Assembly: GCA_965207455.1 (NCBI GenBank)
Contig: CBDBMJ010000001.1
Span: forward strand, 1,376,001 to 1,440,000
DNA from: Bdellovibrionota bacterium
GTDB lineage: Bacteria > Bdellovibrionota > UBA1018 > CAIPTA01 > JAALKR01
Direction: 5' to 3'
Length of the DNA: 64,000 nt
Made by a program: the position numbers and the translations under genes
Notes under the pieces: model-generated
What the model saw: only the letters and a program-made list of their open reading frames with translations
Database searches by the model: none
What the model was told of the DNA's origin: nothing
Shown here: piece by piece, positions 52,920-63,936 of the stretch
How positions within the stretch are numbered: the first letter of the stretch is position 1
Layout: the number at the start of each line of letters is the position of its first letter

Positions 52920-53705
52920 CTATTTTCTCCCCCTAGCAATTAGCAAGAAAGATTCTGGGTTGAGGCTGGCTCCTCCCACTAGGGCTCCATCAATATTAGG
53001 GCAGTTCATGAGTTCTGTACCCGGCTTTACGCTTCCTCCATAGAGAATCCTCACCTTATGGGCAGCCTCCTGGCCCCAAACCCCCTTTAGCAAGTCGCGC
53101 AAATAGGCGTGGACCTCTTCTGCTTGATCCGCTGTGGCAGTTTTGCCTGTGCCAATGGCCCAAACGGGTTCATAGGCAAGGGTGAAGCCATCGGGATAGG
53201 TGGAGCTCATGGCAAAAAATGGCTCACACTGGGCTCTCAATACGGGAAAAACATTTCCGCTGTCTCGCTCCTCCAGGGTTTCTCCCACGCAAAAAATCCC
53301 TCTCATTCCATTCTGGTAGCTACTAAAAGCACGCTTAGCCGCAGTCTCGTTGGTCTCTGCAAAATAAGCTCGACGTTCGGAGTGACCCACTATTGTATAG
53401 GTGCAGCCCAGCTCTTTCGCTAAAATGGGGGAAAGCTCCCCCGTAAACGCACCCTCATTTTTCCAATGGATATTTTGCACGCCCCAAGAAATATGAAATC
53501 CATTGGCACGATCCTTTAGACCTTTCTCCCAAGCCATATACAAAGAACCAAGGGCTGCTGCTTGAGGAAAAATCCCATACTCTGCCAAAGGGTCTCCTTC
53601 TCCGTTATGGAGCCTGTCTAAAAAGTCGTTGAAAAATAATACGGTTTCTTTCGCTGTTTTATGCATTTTCCAATTGGCTGCGAAGAAAGGTTGGCGTTTA
53701 CTCAT
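52920..53705 (-). CDS. tpiA: Triosephosphate isomerase
   Basis: ANWKM, GHSERR, AYEPVWAIGTG and LVGGASL motifs. Confidence 0.98.
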   Translation of the reverse strand: MSKRQPFFAANWKMHKTAKETVLFFNDFLDRLHNGEGDPLAEYGIFPQAAALGSLYMAWEKGLKDRANGFHISWGVQNIHWKNEGAFTGELSPILAKELGCTYTIVGHSERRAYFAETNETAAKRAFSSYQNGMRGIFCVGETLEERDSGNVFPVLRAQCEPFFAMSSTYPDGFTLAYEPVWAIGTGKTATADQAEEVHAYLRDLLKGVWGQEAAHKVRILYGGSVKPGTELMNCPNIDGALVGGASLNPESFLLIARGRK

Positions 53706-54960
53706 AGCTTTTTTTCCTCCTCATGTCGTTTTCCTCTTCCTCGTCCATGGGTTCAAATTCTCTTTTTTGTATATTTTTTAAAATACTTAGGGCTGGCAGG
53801 GGCTTTCCCTCTAAATAGGCTAGGCTTGCGCCACCACCTGTGCTGACTAGGTCAAAGGCTCTATCGCTGTTTATGATCGATCCATTGGATTTGATTGCGC
53901 GAACGGTATCTCCTCCACCAGCTATTTTCAATGCCGACAAGCCAGCAATACAAGCTCCCAGTTTTTCTGTTCCCTTTGCGTATTTTGGGTTTTCAAAAAG
54001 TCCCATGGGACCGTTCCAAAAAACACTCTCTGCTTCTTCCAGTGCTGCGGTGAAAATACGTATTGTCTCTGGACCAATATCCAAGGCTATCGCATTGGAA
54101 GGAATGGATTGGACCACACGGGGAGATTGAAACTTTGGATCCTTCTCTGGATCCACCACCAAATGATCCACGGGTAAGATAACTCTCACACCCTTTCTTT
54201 TGGCTTTTCTTAAAATCTGTTGGGCTGCTGCCACTCCTTTGTGCTCGCATTTAGATTTTCCAATCTCCTTGTCCTGGGCTTTTAAAAAAGCATACGCCAT
54301 GGCTCCACCCACCAGTATCGTGTTGGCTGTGTCGATTAAATTATCCATCGCTAACAGTTTATCCGTTACTTTACTTCCTCCCACCACAAGGAAAAAAGGC
54401 CTGGGCGGTTTATTTAAAAGACGATCCAAATATTTCAATTCCTTTCGAATGAGGAAGCCCACACCACACTCGGAGAGTCGGGAAGGAAGGGCATGCACAG
54501 AGGCGTGCTTGCGGTGACAAACACCAAAAGCGTCGTTGATATATACCTCTCCAAGTCGACTCAGTCGTCGAGCAAAATCCTTGTCGTTGGCTTCTTCCCC
54601 GGCATCAAAGCGAATATTTTCTAAGAGAGCCACACTTTTATCCACACCATGGGAAACAAAATGCCCCACTCCCTCGTCAAAACCCTCCACTAAAACAACT
54701 TCCCAGTTGAGCATTTCTGCCAAGTAGGCGCCCACTGGCTCTAGGGAATATTGAGGATCTTTTTTCCCCTCGGGGCGTCCCAGGTGGGAGCAAATAACAA
54801 GGCGAGCGGCTCGCTCCAAACAGTAACGAATGGTGGGCAGGGCATTGTCGATTCTTGTGGTATCCATTATCTTTCCATCGTCGGAAAGAGGTACATTGAG
54901 ATCCAAGCGAAGAAAGACAACCCTTCCCTTTAAATAGAGCTGTTCCATGAAAGAGATCAT
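53698..54960 (-). CDS. pgk: Phosphoglycerate kinase
   Basis: RLDLNVP, SHLGRP, LLENIRF, WNGPMGLFE, STGGGASL; start trimmed to MISFM. Confidence 0.97.
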   Translation of the reverse strand: MISFMEQLYLKGRVVFLRLDLNVPLSDDGKIMDTTRIDNALPTIRYCLERAARLVICSHLGRPEGKKDPQYSLEPVGAYLAEMLNWEVVLVEGFDEGVGHFVSHGVDKSVALLENIRFDAGEEANDKDFARRLSRLGEVYINDAFGVCHRKHASVHALPSRLSECGVGFLIRKELKYLDRLLNKPPRPFFLVVGGSKVTDKLLAMDNLIDTANTILVGGAMAYAFLKAQDKEIGKSKCEHKGVAAAQQILRKAKRKGVRVILPVDHLVVDPEKDPKFQSPRVVQSIPSNAIALDIGPETIRIFTAALEEAESVFWNGPMGLFENPKYAKGTEKLGACIAGLSALKIAGGGDTVRAIKSNGSIINSDRAFDLVSTGGGASLAYLEGKPLPALSILKNIQKREFEPMDEEEENDMRRKKSYE

Positions 54961-54962
54961 TC

Positions 54963-55958
54963 CTATTTCCTCAAGAAAGTGGCAAGGTCCAGTAGACGAG
55001 CAGAATAGCCCGTTTCGTTGTCGTACCAAGAAAGAACTTTTACTAAATTTTGATCCACCACCTGAGTGCTAAGAGCATCGAAGCAGGACGAATGGGTGTC
55101 TCCATTATAATCACTACTCACTAACGGTGCATGGGAGTAACGAAGAATTCCTTTTCGGTTTTTGGAGGCTAACTCCATGGCTTTATTGATGGCTTCCACG
55201 CTCGTAGCTTTTTCCAGTTCAACCGTAAGATCCAAAACGGAAACATTGGGTGTGGGCACTCGAATGGCAAAACCGTTAAGTTTTCCCTTTAAGCGAGGAA
55301 GCACCTGACCAATGGCTTTCGCTGCCCCCGTGGAGGTGGGAATCATGTTCAAGGCCGCTGCCCGGGTACGCCTAAGGTCTGTATGGGGGAGGTCCAGAAT
55401 TTTTTGATCGTTGGTATAGGAATGAATGGTGGTCATTAATCCACGACGAATACCAAAATTTTCATCCAGCACTTGGGCCACTGGAGCAAGGGCATTGGTC
55501 GTGCAACTCGCATTGGAAATCACATGGTGTTTCGAAGGATCGTAGTCACTTTCATTAATGCCCATACAAATCGTTTGATCCGCATCTTTCGAAGGAGCTG
55601 AAATAATAACTTTGGACGCTCCCGCTTGGAGGTGGGCCGCTGCCTTTTCCCTTGCTGTAAACACGCCTGTACATTCAAGAACAATATCCACCCCTAAGGA
55701 TTTCCATGGAATGGAGGCTGGGTCCCTCTCTGAAAAAAACCGCACAAATTGACCATCTACTTCCATGCCGTTGTCTGCCAGCTCTACTGAAGCGGAAAGT
55801 GGACCATGGACAGAGTCGTACTGAAAAAGATGGGCTGAGGTGGAGGCGCTCCCCAAATCATTGACTGCCACCACATCCACGTCGTCACGCAACAGCGACA
55901 AACGCATAACCTTGCGTCCAATTCGTCCGAATCCGTTAATGGCAACCCTTAAAGACAT
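54963..55958 (-). CDS. gap: Glyceraldehyde-3-phosphate dehydrogenase
   Basis: INGFGRIGR, SNASCTTN and WYDNE motifs. Confidence 0.98.
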   Translation of the reverse strand: MSLRVAINGFGRIGRKVMRLSLLRDDVDVVAVNDLGSASTSAHLFQYDSVHGPLSASVELADNGMEVDGQFVRFFSERDPASIPWKSLGVDIVLECTGVFTAREKAAAHLQAGASKVIISAPSKDADQTICMGINESDYDPSKHHVISNASCTTNALAPVAQVLDENFGIRRGLMTTIHSYTNDQKILDLPHTDLRRTRAAALNMIPTSTGAAKAIGQVLPRLKGKLNGFAIRVPTPNVSVLDLTVELEKATSVEAINKAMELASKNRKGILRYSHAPLVSSDYNGDTHSSCFDALSTQVVDQNLVKVLSWYDNETGYSARLLDLATFLRK

Positions 55959-56058
55959 CTACCTCTCTATTAACCATTAATTCCACCTAGACACAAGAGG
56001 ACAAACCCCTTTCAGCCCCTTTTTTTCCAAACTCCCCTATAATCTCCCGCGTAGCTTT

Positions 56059-57075
56059 GCTACTATCGGCCTATAGGCTGTCCTAGAGCTACGCACTATT
56101 GCCATAATCCAAGCGAAATTCTTATGGCTCGCATAAATGAAGTGTTTACGATAATATTTATTTCCAATGGCATTCAACTATATTGATAGAAAAGATGTTG
56201 AGGAAATTCATCAGTGCATTTCAAAAAAAGCAATGGGGACTAATGACCCGGTAACTCCATCTGGTCTGAAAAGCCTTCATTTATTAGAATCAGCAATATC
56301 TAGACAATACACTTCTATAGGTACATTGCTAAAATACAACACTGTAGAGAAACTTGCAGCAACTATTTTATTTGGCATTTCTAGAAACCATCCCTTTCAT
56401 AACGGTAACAAAAGAACTGCACTTGTTTCCTGTTTAGTTCTGCTGGAAAGAAATTATTATTTACCTAAAAAAGAACGTAACGTTACTCATAAAGATTTTT
56501 ATGATCTAGTATTAGCAATAGCTTCACCAAGAAAAAATATAAATAAAAAAGAAGCGGCTCTTCGTCGTATTGCACTTAATGAAGGATTACGAAAGAATGA
56601 ATTTCGTCGATACAAAGAGCAATATCCAAGAGACGACGATGATGAGTTAGATATTATTGCTGATTGGATAGGGCGTAAAACAAGAAAAGCTAATATGCAG
56701 GATAAGGTTCTCACTGTTAATAAATTAAAAAAAATACTGCAAAATCAAAAATTAAAGAAAATGCTGCAAAAACAAAAGCTGCCCGAAATTACTATTGAGA
56801 TAAAAAAAGGCAAATTGAAGATAATGCAGGATATAAATATTTTTAAAAAAATAAAGCATTCCATGAGTTGCTCTAATGAACATATGGAGTTAAATGCAAA
56901 TAGGGTAAGGGAAATAAGAAAGAAATTTTCATTAACTCCTGAGCACGGAGTAGATTCAACAGTATTTTACTCTAAAGACATAGTTATTGACAGTATCTTA
57001 TCTGAATATAGTAATATTCTGAATAAACTTTCAAAAACATAAGCTGTAAGCTACTATCGGCCTATGGGCTTTCCT
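56059..57075. mobile_element. ~1 kb inserted cassette bounded by 26-bp direct repeats
   Basis: GCTACTATCGGCCTATAGGCTGTCCT (56059-56084) vs GCTACTATCGGCCTATGGGCTTTCCT (57050-57075), 24/26 identical. Confidence 0.65.
56167..57042 (+). CDS. Fic/Doc family (death-on-curing type) protein with C-terminal extension
   Basis: LLESAISRQ and HPFHNGNKRTA (Doc-type Lys in the Fic motif); AT-rich. Confidence 0.88.
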   Translation: MAFNYIDRKDVEEIHQCISKKAMGTNDPVTPSGLKSLHLLESAISRQYTSIGTLLKYNTVEKLAATILFGISRNHPFHNGNKRTALVSCLVLLERNYYLPKKERNVTHKDFYDLVLAIASPRKNINKKEAALRRIALNEGLRKNEFRRYKEQYPRDDDDELDIIADWIGRKTRKANMQDKVLTVNKLKKILQNQKLKKMLQKQKLPEITIEIKKGKLKIMQDINIFKKIKHSMSCSNEHMELNANRVREIRKKFSLTPEHGVDSTVFYSKDIVIDSILSEYSNILNKLSKT

Positions 57076-60000
57076 GAATATGGCAATACCTATCAATTTT
57101 CCTCCTTTGAGTCGGCAGTTCGTCAGTACTGGAAAAAGCAAAAAGTTTTTCAGCGAGTGATTTCCAAGGGGAAGGGCAAAAAAGCTTTTGGCTTCTACGA
57201 TGGTCCTCCTTTTGCTACGGGCACGCCCCACTATGGACACCTTCTGGCTGGCACGATCAAGGATATTATACCTCGGTATTGGACCATGAGGGGTTATCAT
57301 TGCGAGCGTCGTTTTGGTTGGGATTGCCACGGGTTGCCTGTGGAGTTTGGTGTGGAGAAAGAGCTAAAACTCAAGGGTTCTCAGGAGATTATTCAGTACG
57401 GAGTTTCCAAATTTAATGAAGCTTGCAGGGGTGTGGTTTTAAAGTACACAAAAGAATGGCGAGAGACTGTGGAGCGAATGGGACGTTGGGTGGACTTGGA
57501 CAACGACTATAAAACCATGGACCCCGACTTTATGGAGAGTATTTGGTGGGTTTTTCACGAGCTATGGAAAAAGGGATTAATCTACCAGGGAAAAAAAGTA
57601 GTTCCCTATTCATGGAGAATCACTGCTCCCCTTTCCAACTTTGAGGCTGGCTTGAATTATAAGTCTGTCCAAGACCCGGCCATTAGTGTGTTGTTTTCTT
57701 GCACTCAAAATCCTAAGGAGGCTTTTCTTGCTTGGACCACCACTCCTTGGACGCTTCCTGGAAACCTAGCCCTATGTGTGCACCCCGATCTTCTTTACGT
57801 TAAGGTAAAAATAAAAAAGCACCTTTCCCCTAGTGCTATTGAAACTGTCTGGATTCTGGAGAATCGTCTCTCAGTCTATGAAAAAGAGTTGGACTCCAGT
57901 CCATTGGAAAAAGTTTCGGGGAAGGATTTAATTGGAAAAACATATGTGCCGTTGTTTCCTTTCTATAAAAATCAAAAGAACGCGTTTCAGATTATTCAGG
58001 GGGATTTCGTTACCGATTCAGATGGAACGGGAATCGTGCATGCGGCTCCCAGTTTTGGAGAGGACGACTTTCACACCTGTGCCGCTGTGGGGATTGAGCC
58101 CGTGGACCCCACAGACAGTGCTGCTCTCTTTACCCATGAGGCTCCTCCCTACGAGGGGAAATTCGTAAAGGATGGGGACAAGGACATTATTCGGGACTTA
58201 AAAGCCAGTGGGCACCTGTTACAGCAAACAACGATTCAGCACAATTATCCCTACTGTTATCGCTCTGAGACTCCTCTTATTTATAAAGCCATTTCCACTT
58301 GGTTTGTAAAAATGGAGCCTCTTCGAGAGAAAATGATCCAGCATAATCAGTCCATACACTGGGTGCCTTCCCATTTAAAGGATGGTCGCTTTGGTCAGTG
58401 GCTTGCCAATGCAAGGGATTGGTGTATTGCTCGTAATCGTTTTTGGGGCACGCCCATTCCCGTTTGGATTTGTGAGAATTGTGAAAATACTTTTGTGGCT
58501 TCTTCCAGGGCCTCTTTAGAGGAAAAAGTTCAAGAAAAAGTGGAGGATCTCCACTCCCATTTCATCGACAAGTACATTCTAGACTGTGAAAAATGTGGAA
58601 ATTCCAAGTCCATGCGGCGCACTCCAGAGATTTTGGATTGTTGGTTTGAATCGGGTTCCATGCCCTACGCTCAGTTGCACTATCCGTTTGAAAACAAGGA
58701 AAAATTTCACGATTCTTACCCCGCAGATTTTATTGCTGAAGGTTTGGATCAAACTAGGGGTTGGTTCTATACCCTCACTGTTCTAGCAGCTGCTCTTTTC
58801 GACAAGCCTGCCTTTCGTAACTGTGTGACCAACGGAATTGTGATGGCAGAGGATGGGAAGAAAATGAGTAAAAGTTTAAACAACTATCCCAATCCGAATA
58901 CGCTTTTAGATAAGCATGGAGCGGACGCCCTACGCTTATATTTTATGCAGTCTCCGGGAGTGTACGGTCAGGAGTTGCAGTTTTCAGAAAAACAGTTGGT
59001 AGAGCATATGCGTTCCGTTCTTCTACCGATATGGAACACTTATAATTTCTTTGCTTCCTATGCAAATATCGACGGTTTTACAAAAGAAATAAAAGCACCG
59101 CCCGTAGCCCAACGTCCCTACATGGATCGTTGGATACTTGCCTTACTCCATGAAATGGAGGTTGAGATACACACCACCATGGAGAAATACGCCCTAGCCC
59201 CCGTATCTGCCCACATTGCAAGCTTTGTGGATAATCTCACTAACTGGTATATTCGTCTCAACCGTTCTCGATTTTGGGCAGAAAAAGAAGGGGATTTTTC
59301 TTCCGACAAGCTCGCTGCCTACAGCACCACCTGGGAAGTGCTCCATGGCTTGAGTAAAATTATGGCGCCCTATTTACCATTTTTTTCCGAGTGTCTCCAT
59401 GCCAGCCTCCAATACAACCTGCACCCCAATGACTTGGGTAAGGATATGGAGAATATACTTAGCGTTCATGAAACAACATACGATGTGGGAAAAAAAATAA
59501 CAGAAAACAAAACCCTTCTAGAGGAGATGCGTACTGCTCAAAAAACCATTCTTCTGGGTCGCAGCCTCAGATCCAATGCGAAGATTAGTTTACGCCAGCC
59601 TTTACAGAAAATCACCCTAGCGGGGCTTACGAAAACTGAGGAGAAAAACCTTTTTGAATTGGAGGAGCTTGTTCGACGGGAATTAAACATTAAAGAGATT
59701 AAAATCATGAAGGACACTTCCAAGCTTGTGATAGAAAGTGTAAAGCCCAATCTACCGAGGGTGGGAAAGCGAGTAGGAAAAAAAATGGGTCTCTTCCAGA
59801 AAGAGCTCCGCTCCTGGGGGGTTTTAGAAATTAGTGCCTTTGAGGCTAAGGGTGTTGCCACTGTAGCAGGAATAGACTTGGATCGGGAAGATCTCTTTAT
59901 TCACCGGGAGGCTGTGGAGGGAAAGTGTGCTGGAGCCCTCAACGGGCTTGTGGCAGAACTCCATACGGAAATAACGGAATCGCTTCGTAAGGAAGGTATT

Positions 60001-60267
60001 GAAAGAGAAATTATCAACCGAATCCAACAGCGAAGAAAGTCCATGAACTTCCACCTTGCAGATAGAATTCAAGTGCAGTGGGTGGGGGAAAATACTACCC
60101 AAGAAGTTTTACAAAAAGAGTCCAAAGCATGCGGCATGATTAGCAATGAAGTATTAGCTGTGGAGTGGGTAGAGAAAAAAATACAGGATTTAGCTGACCA
60201 GGAAAAAGTTAAACTTACGGAGCAGGAGTGGTTTGCCTTTTCCCTACAGCAATGGAAGGAGAAATAA
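57064..60267 (+). CDS. ileS: Isoleucyl-tRNA synthetase, type 2
   Basis: [48 protein letters not shown]; long C-terminus. Confidence 0.97.
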   Translation: MGFPEYGNTYQFSSFESAVRQYWKKQKVFQRVISKGKGKKAFGFYDGPPFATGTPHYGHLLAGTIKDIIPRYWTMRGYHCERRFGWDCHGLPVEFGVEKELKLKGSQEIIQYGVSKFNEACRGVVLKYTKEWRETVERMGRWVDLDNDYKTMDPDFMESIWWVFHELWKKGLIYQGKKVVPYSWRITAPLSNFEAGLNYKSVQDPAISVLFSCTQNPKEAFLAWTTTPWTLPGNLALCVHPDLLYVKVKIKKHLSPSAIETVWILENRLSVYEKELDSSPLEKVSGKDLIGKTYVPLFPFYKNQKNAFQIIQGDFVTDSDGTGIVHAAPSFGEDDFHTCAAVGIEPVDPTDSAALFTHEAPPYEGKFVKDGDKDIIRDLKASGHLLQQTTIQHNYPYCYRSETPLIYKAISTWFVKMEPLREKMIQHNQSIHWVPSHLKDGRFGQWLANARDWCIARNRFWGTPIPVWICENCENTFVASSRASLEEKVQEKVEDLHSHFIDKYILDCEKCGNSKSMRRTPEILDCWFESGSMPYAQLHYPFENKEKFHDSYPADFIAEGLDQTRGWFYTLTVLAAALFDKPAFRNCVTNGIVMAEDGKKMSKSLNNYPNPNTLLDKHGADALRLYFMQSPGVYGQELQFSEKQLVEHMRSVLLPIWNTYNFFASYANIDGFTKEIKAPPVAQRPYMDRWILALLHEMEVEIHTTMEKYALAPVSAHIASFVDNLTNWYIRLNRSRFWAEKEGDFSSDKLAAYSTTWEVLHGLSKIMAPYLPFFSECLHASLQYNLHPNDLGKDMENILSVHETTYDVGKKITENKTLLEEMRTAQKTILLGRSLRSNAKISLRQPLQKITLAGLTKTEEKNLFELEELVRRELNIKEIKIMKDTSKLVIESVKPNLPRVGKRVGKKMGLFQKELRSWGVLEISAFEAKGVATVAGIDLDREDLFIHREAVEGKCAGALNGLVAELHTEITESLRKEGIEREIINRIQQRRKSMNFHLADRIQVQWVGENTTQEVLQKESKACGMISNEVLAVEWVEKKIQDLADQEKVKLTEQEWFAFSLQQWKEK

Positions 60268-60269
60268 AA

Positions 60270-61064
60270 ATGAAACAGTACCTAGACCTACTAAAGGACG
60301 TATTGGAGAAGGGAGAAAGGAAGGGGGACCGCACGGGCACGGGCACACAAAGCCTCTTTGGCTATCAAATGCGTTTTCCCTTGGAGGAGAGTTTCCCCCT
60401 AGTGACCACAAAAAAATGCCACCTACACTCCATTATTCACGAGCTTCTATGGTTTTTAAAAGGGGATACCAACATCCAGTACCTAAAAGAAAATAAGGTG
60501 CGGATTTGGAACGAGTGGGCAGATGAAGATGGAAACTTAGGTCCCATATACGGTCACCAATGGCGATCTTGGCCTACTGGGGATGGGAGGTCTATCGATC
60601 AAATGAAAGGCGTAGTGGAGGAAATACAAAGCAATCCTGATTCGCGTAGGTTAGTGGTAAGTGCATGGAATGTGGGAGACTTGGACAAGATGGCCCTTCC
60701 CCCCTGCCATGTGCTCTTTCAGTTTTATGTGTCCGAGGGTAAGCTCTCCTGCCAGCTCTACCAAAGAAGTGCGGATATTTTTCTGGGTGTGCCTTTCAAT
60801 ATTGCCAGTTACTCGCTCTTAACCATGATGGTGGCTCAAGCCTGCAACCTCAAGCCGGGCACGTTTATCCACACTCTAGGGGATGCCCACCTCTATCAGA
60901 ACCATTTGGAGCAAGCTCAAGAGCAGCTCAAGCGCGAGCCCTATCCGTTGCCCACCATGCATTTGAATAAAAAGGCGCGGGACCTTTTTTCTATGGAAGA
61001 AAAAGATTTTGAGTTGAAGAACTACCAGTGCCATCCGCCTATTTCGGCACCGATTGCTGTGTAA
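60270..61064 (+). CDS. thyA: Thymidylate synthase
   Basis: DRTGTG, ELLWF, MALPPCH and [14 protein letters not shown] motifs. Confidence 0.98.
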   Translation: MKQYLDLLKDVLEKGERKGDRTGTGTQSLFGYQMRFPLEESFPLVTTKKCHLHSIIHELLWFLKGDTNIQYLKENKVRIWNEWADEDGNLGPIYGHQWRSWPTGDGRSIDQMKGVVEEIQSNPDSRRLVVSAWNVGDLDKMALPPCHVLFQFYVSEGKLSCQLYQRSADIFLGVPFNIASYSLLTMMVAQACNLKPGTFIHTLGDAHLYQNHLEQAQEQLKREPYPLPTMHLNKKARDLFSMEEKDFELKNYQCHPPISAPIAV

Positions 61065-61219
61065 ATGGATTTTTTTCAGGGGGGGCTTAAAGGGGGTACT
61101 GAAAAACGTGAAGGGGCAAAAATGAGATGCTTTCTTACATCTCCTAAGACCCTAAGCGCTTTCGCCTCTAAGCCTTTTCGCCCCTTCGCCGTGTACTCTA
61201 TACCGTTATAGCAAAGAAA

Positions 61220-61483
61220 CTATGTGGTAATAAAATCGTGGGCACGAACAGTTTTACGACCGTTTGCCTTTGCTCGACCTGCAGCTTGGGTAATGTGCCA
61301 GTGCAATATTTCATTTAGGCCAGTAATTGCATCAGAGGATGTATTACAGCCAAAGTTCCGTATAGTGGTTTTCACCTTACTGCTCACAGCAAGAGTCTCT
61401 AAGGTCTTTGTTGTACGCTTAGGGGTTCTTGTTGTTTTTGTTGTTTTCGTTGTTCTCTTTGTTCCGGTTTTTTGTCTTGCCAT
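61220..61483 (-). CDS. Bacterial histone-fold protein with a basic N-terminal tail
   Basis: TLAVSSKVK..NTSSDAITGLNEIL..AAGRAKANGRKTVRAHDF with the RxTxxxxD signature; AAGGA RBS before the ATG. Confidence 0.88.
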   Translation of the reverse strand: MARQKTGTKRTTKTTKTTRTPKRTTKTLETLAVSSKVKTTIRNFGCNTSSDAITGLNEILHWHITQAAGRAKANGRKTVRAHDFITT

Positions 61484-61588
61484 ATCTAATATTTCCTTTC
61501 ATGAAATTAAGACGAATGTTTATAACGTTAATAACTATGTAACAGACTAAAGGGTAAATGCTTGTTTCTCACAGGTCAAAGAAAAAAA

Positions 61589-61624
61589 GCAAATAATGCA
61601 AATAATGCAAATAATGCAAATAAT
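61589..61624. repeat. 9-bp intergenic tandem repeat (GCAAATAAT) x4
   Basis: Four perfect units between the divergent histone and response regulator genes. Confidence 0.9.
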
Positions 61625-61717
61625 GGCAGCACACTGCTTCTTTAGGCAAAATTCCAGGGTTCGATTAGGTCTAGGAATCCCATTTGAAAGTTGCTATAAT
61701 TAAATAAAATAAGTTTT

Positions 61718-62350
61718 ATGAATAATGAAGCAAAAAAATATAAAGTCCCACGTATTTTAATTCTGGACGACAACAGCGATTTAGTGGACGTGTGTGCAGA
61801 CACGCTCCACGAGCTATACCATGTAATCAAAGCCACCTCTCCCTTTGAGGCTCTCAATTTAATGCTGGGAAGCAAAGGTGCCATAGATTTAATCCTTTCG
61901 GACTATATTATGCCTGGTATGAACGGGATAGAGCTTATAAAAAGGCTTCGTAAGGAAGGAATATATACACCAGCCATTCTATACTCTGGAAAAAAGATTG
62001 AAGAGCAATCGGATGAGTTTATTAAAATCATGGAGAAGCCATTTCGCATGAAAGAGTTAATGGAGGAGGCAGCCCGGGCCATTCATGTTATCCAGCAGGA
62101 CAGGAATTTTTCTGGAGAGTTCTCCGGTGCCCTCAAGCAACTGGATACAGCTATTCACAGTTTAGAGAAATTTCTAATGCACAAGCATAAAAACTTTTCA
62201 TCCTTAACTCCAGAGATGGCTCTTATTGCCCTAAAGAGCGACAGTACCTATGATGTTTTTGTGTCTTGGCATTCCCTCAAGCAAATGCAATTAACGATGA
62301 CGAGACCGTCTTCTGACCCGTCTGACCCGCCCGTTTCGCTTCCCACCTAG
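61718..62350 (+). CDS. Response regulator receiver with helical C-terminal domain
   Basis: ILILDD, LSDYIMPGMNG, YSG and EKPF motifs. Confidence 0.88.
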   Translation: MNNEAKKYKVPRILILDDNSDLVDVCADTLHELYHVIKATSPFEALNLMLGSKGAIDLILSDYIMPGMNGIELIKRLRKEGIYTPAILYSGKKIEEQSDEFIKIMEKPFRMKELMEEAARAIHVIQQDRNFSGEFSGALKQLDTAIHSLEKFLMHKHKNFSSLTPEMALIALKSDSTYDVFVSWHSLKQMQLTMTRPSSDPSDPPVSLPT

Positions 62351-62946
62351 AGGTCGGCAGTAATCCCCACCTTGATGGCTTCCCAGTTATGTTTATTATC
62401 AAGATCCCTGCTAGCTCCGTTATTACTTATCTCGCCATAACTTAAAGAGTCGTAGCTGAGACTGAGTTTTATAAACGGTGCTACGGTGAGTGCGGCCATC
62501 AGGCGAATTCCTGCCGGGCTTGTAACTTCATCTCCACCTAAGTTTCTAATATTATCAAACGTATATGCACCAATGGGGGAGTAGACTCCCATAAAAAATA
62601 AGGGGCCAACGTGAATAGAGGCTGCCCCACCCACAAGGTAACCGCTCCCTGAAATATCCGTATTACTTGATTCATTGAAAGTCCTAAACTGCGAGGAAAC
62701 ATGATACTCAAGGTAGGGGCCTATGGATAAAAGAGGGGTAACACTAATTCCTGGGCGAACATAAAAGCCGTAAGTGGTGGCTAGACGAGAGTCCAGGCCA
62801 TCATCCTGTGCGTAGCTACCCACTCCCGCAAAAAATCCTCCATTGAGGCCTAAATTGCCTAAGGCATACTGGGGAGCAAGCAAAAAAATAAGTATTATGG
62901 ATATTCGAAACATTGGGTTCTCCTTTTTGTTATTTACTTTGACCAT
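62347..62946 (-). CDS. Putative outer-membrane beta-barrel protein
   Basis: Signal peptide (MFRISIIL..YALG) and about eight amphipathic strands. Confidence 0.6.
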   Translation of the reverse strand: MVKVNNKKENPMFRISIILIFLLAPQYALGNLGLNGGFFAGVGSYAQDDGLDSRLATTYGFYVRPGISVTPLLSIGPYLEYHVSSQFRTFNESSNTDISGSGYLVGGAASIHVGPLFFMGVYSPIGAYTFDNIRNLGGDEVTSPAGIRLMAALTVAPFIKLSLSYDSLSYGEISNNGASRDLDNKHNWEAIKVGITADL

Positions 62947-63276
62947 CTTAATATTAACATAACTCCATTCACGAATCCTATACTACACGTCCAGCCCCAT
63001 TATCCTACTTGCTAGCGTCCTTGAAAAAGAACTGCTGTGGAAAAGGGTAAAGATATTCAAAGGGAGTTTCTTGCCTTCGATCTCAGGAAGAGAGCAGTCC
63101 GACGAAAGAAAAATCATTAATAAAAACAATAGTTTAGAAATTTTCGACAAAATGAGTCGAAACAGTACTTGACTATTATTATCCGCTGATGTATACTGTA
63201 CTCGCTGCAACTGATAGTGCGCAGCACAATTTCGGCAGTGCAACTTAATACTACATAAAGGGAGGAAGAAATAATT

Positions 63277-63936
63277 ATGAAAAATCGAAGCAATAAAAAT
63301 CTAACAACGGTGGTAGCAATGATATTTGCAATTGCCATAACGTCGCCAGTATATGGACAGGAGGAAAATCCTGCTTTAGATAAAACAGCCGAAGTAATCG
63401 TCAAAATAGTAGAAAATGCTGCAAATTTGGGAAAGGCAAAGGGCAAAGAATTCGAGGAAACAATAGTAAAAGCAGTTTCAGAATCGATGACTGAAGTAAT
63501 AACAGTATTCGGACAATCAATGGCAAAAGCAACAGCAGAGGCACTTGAAGAAACAGCGAAAGAAGCACTGGCTAATTTCGTATCGAAAGAAAAATCAACT
63601 GTTGTGGTAGCCGGCATATTGGAACAAATGTGCGGTAGTGGTGAGCCAACACAATTGTCTGACCTCAATAATAAATCAATGCCAGCATCAGAAAATGCAT
63701 TTCAATTTTCCTGGGTTATATTGGCATCTGGACAACTCCAAGGCAAGGCAGTCTCTGTAAAATCCGATCCTCCTCACTCCAATAATAAAGTACTTATTAA
63801 TGGTTCTCCGATCAATGAGGGCAACGACTTTGATGTGTGTTATGACTATTCAAATCCTGAGAAAATGGTTGATGATGTTGCAAGTAAACTTACTGAGGAC
63901 GCTAGAGGTCTTATTTCAAGGGCATACGCTAAGTAA
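63277..63936 (+). CDS. Hypothetical secreted protein
   Basis: GGAGG RBS, signal peptide, helical N-terminal half. Confidence 0.65.
   Translation: MKNRSNKNLTTVVAMIFAIAITSPVYGQEENPALDKTAEVIVKIVENAANLGKAKGKEFEETIVKAVSESMTEVITVFGQSMAKATAEALEETAKEALANFVSKEKSTVVVAGILEQMCGSGEPTQLSDLNNKSMPASENAFQFSWVILASGQLQGKAVSVKSDPPHSNNKVLINGSPINEGNDFDVCYDYSNPEKMVDDVASKLTEDARGLISRAYAK

Noticed and set aside
29463..61483. HipA or Doc kinases as writers of histone-tail phosphorylation
   Set aside because: They are distant, separately acquired modules whose known family targets are translation components; nothing in the sequence links them to the histone.
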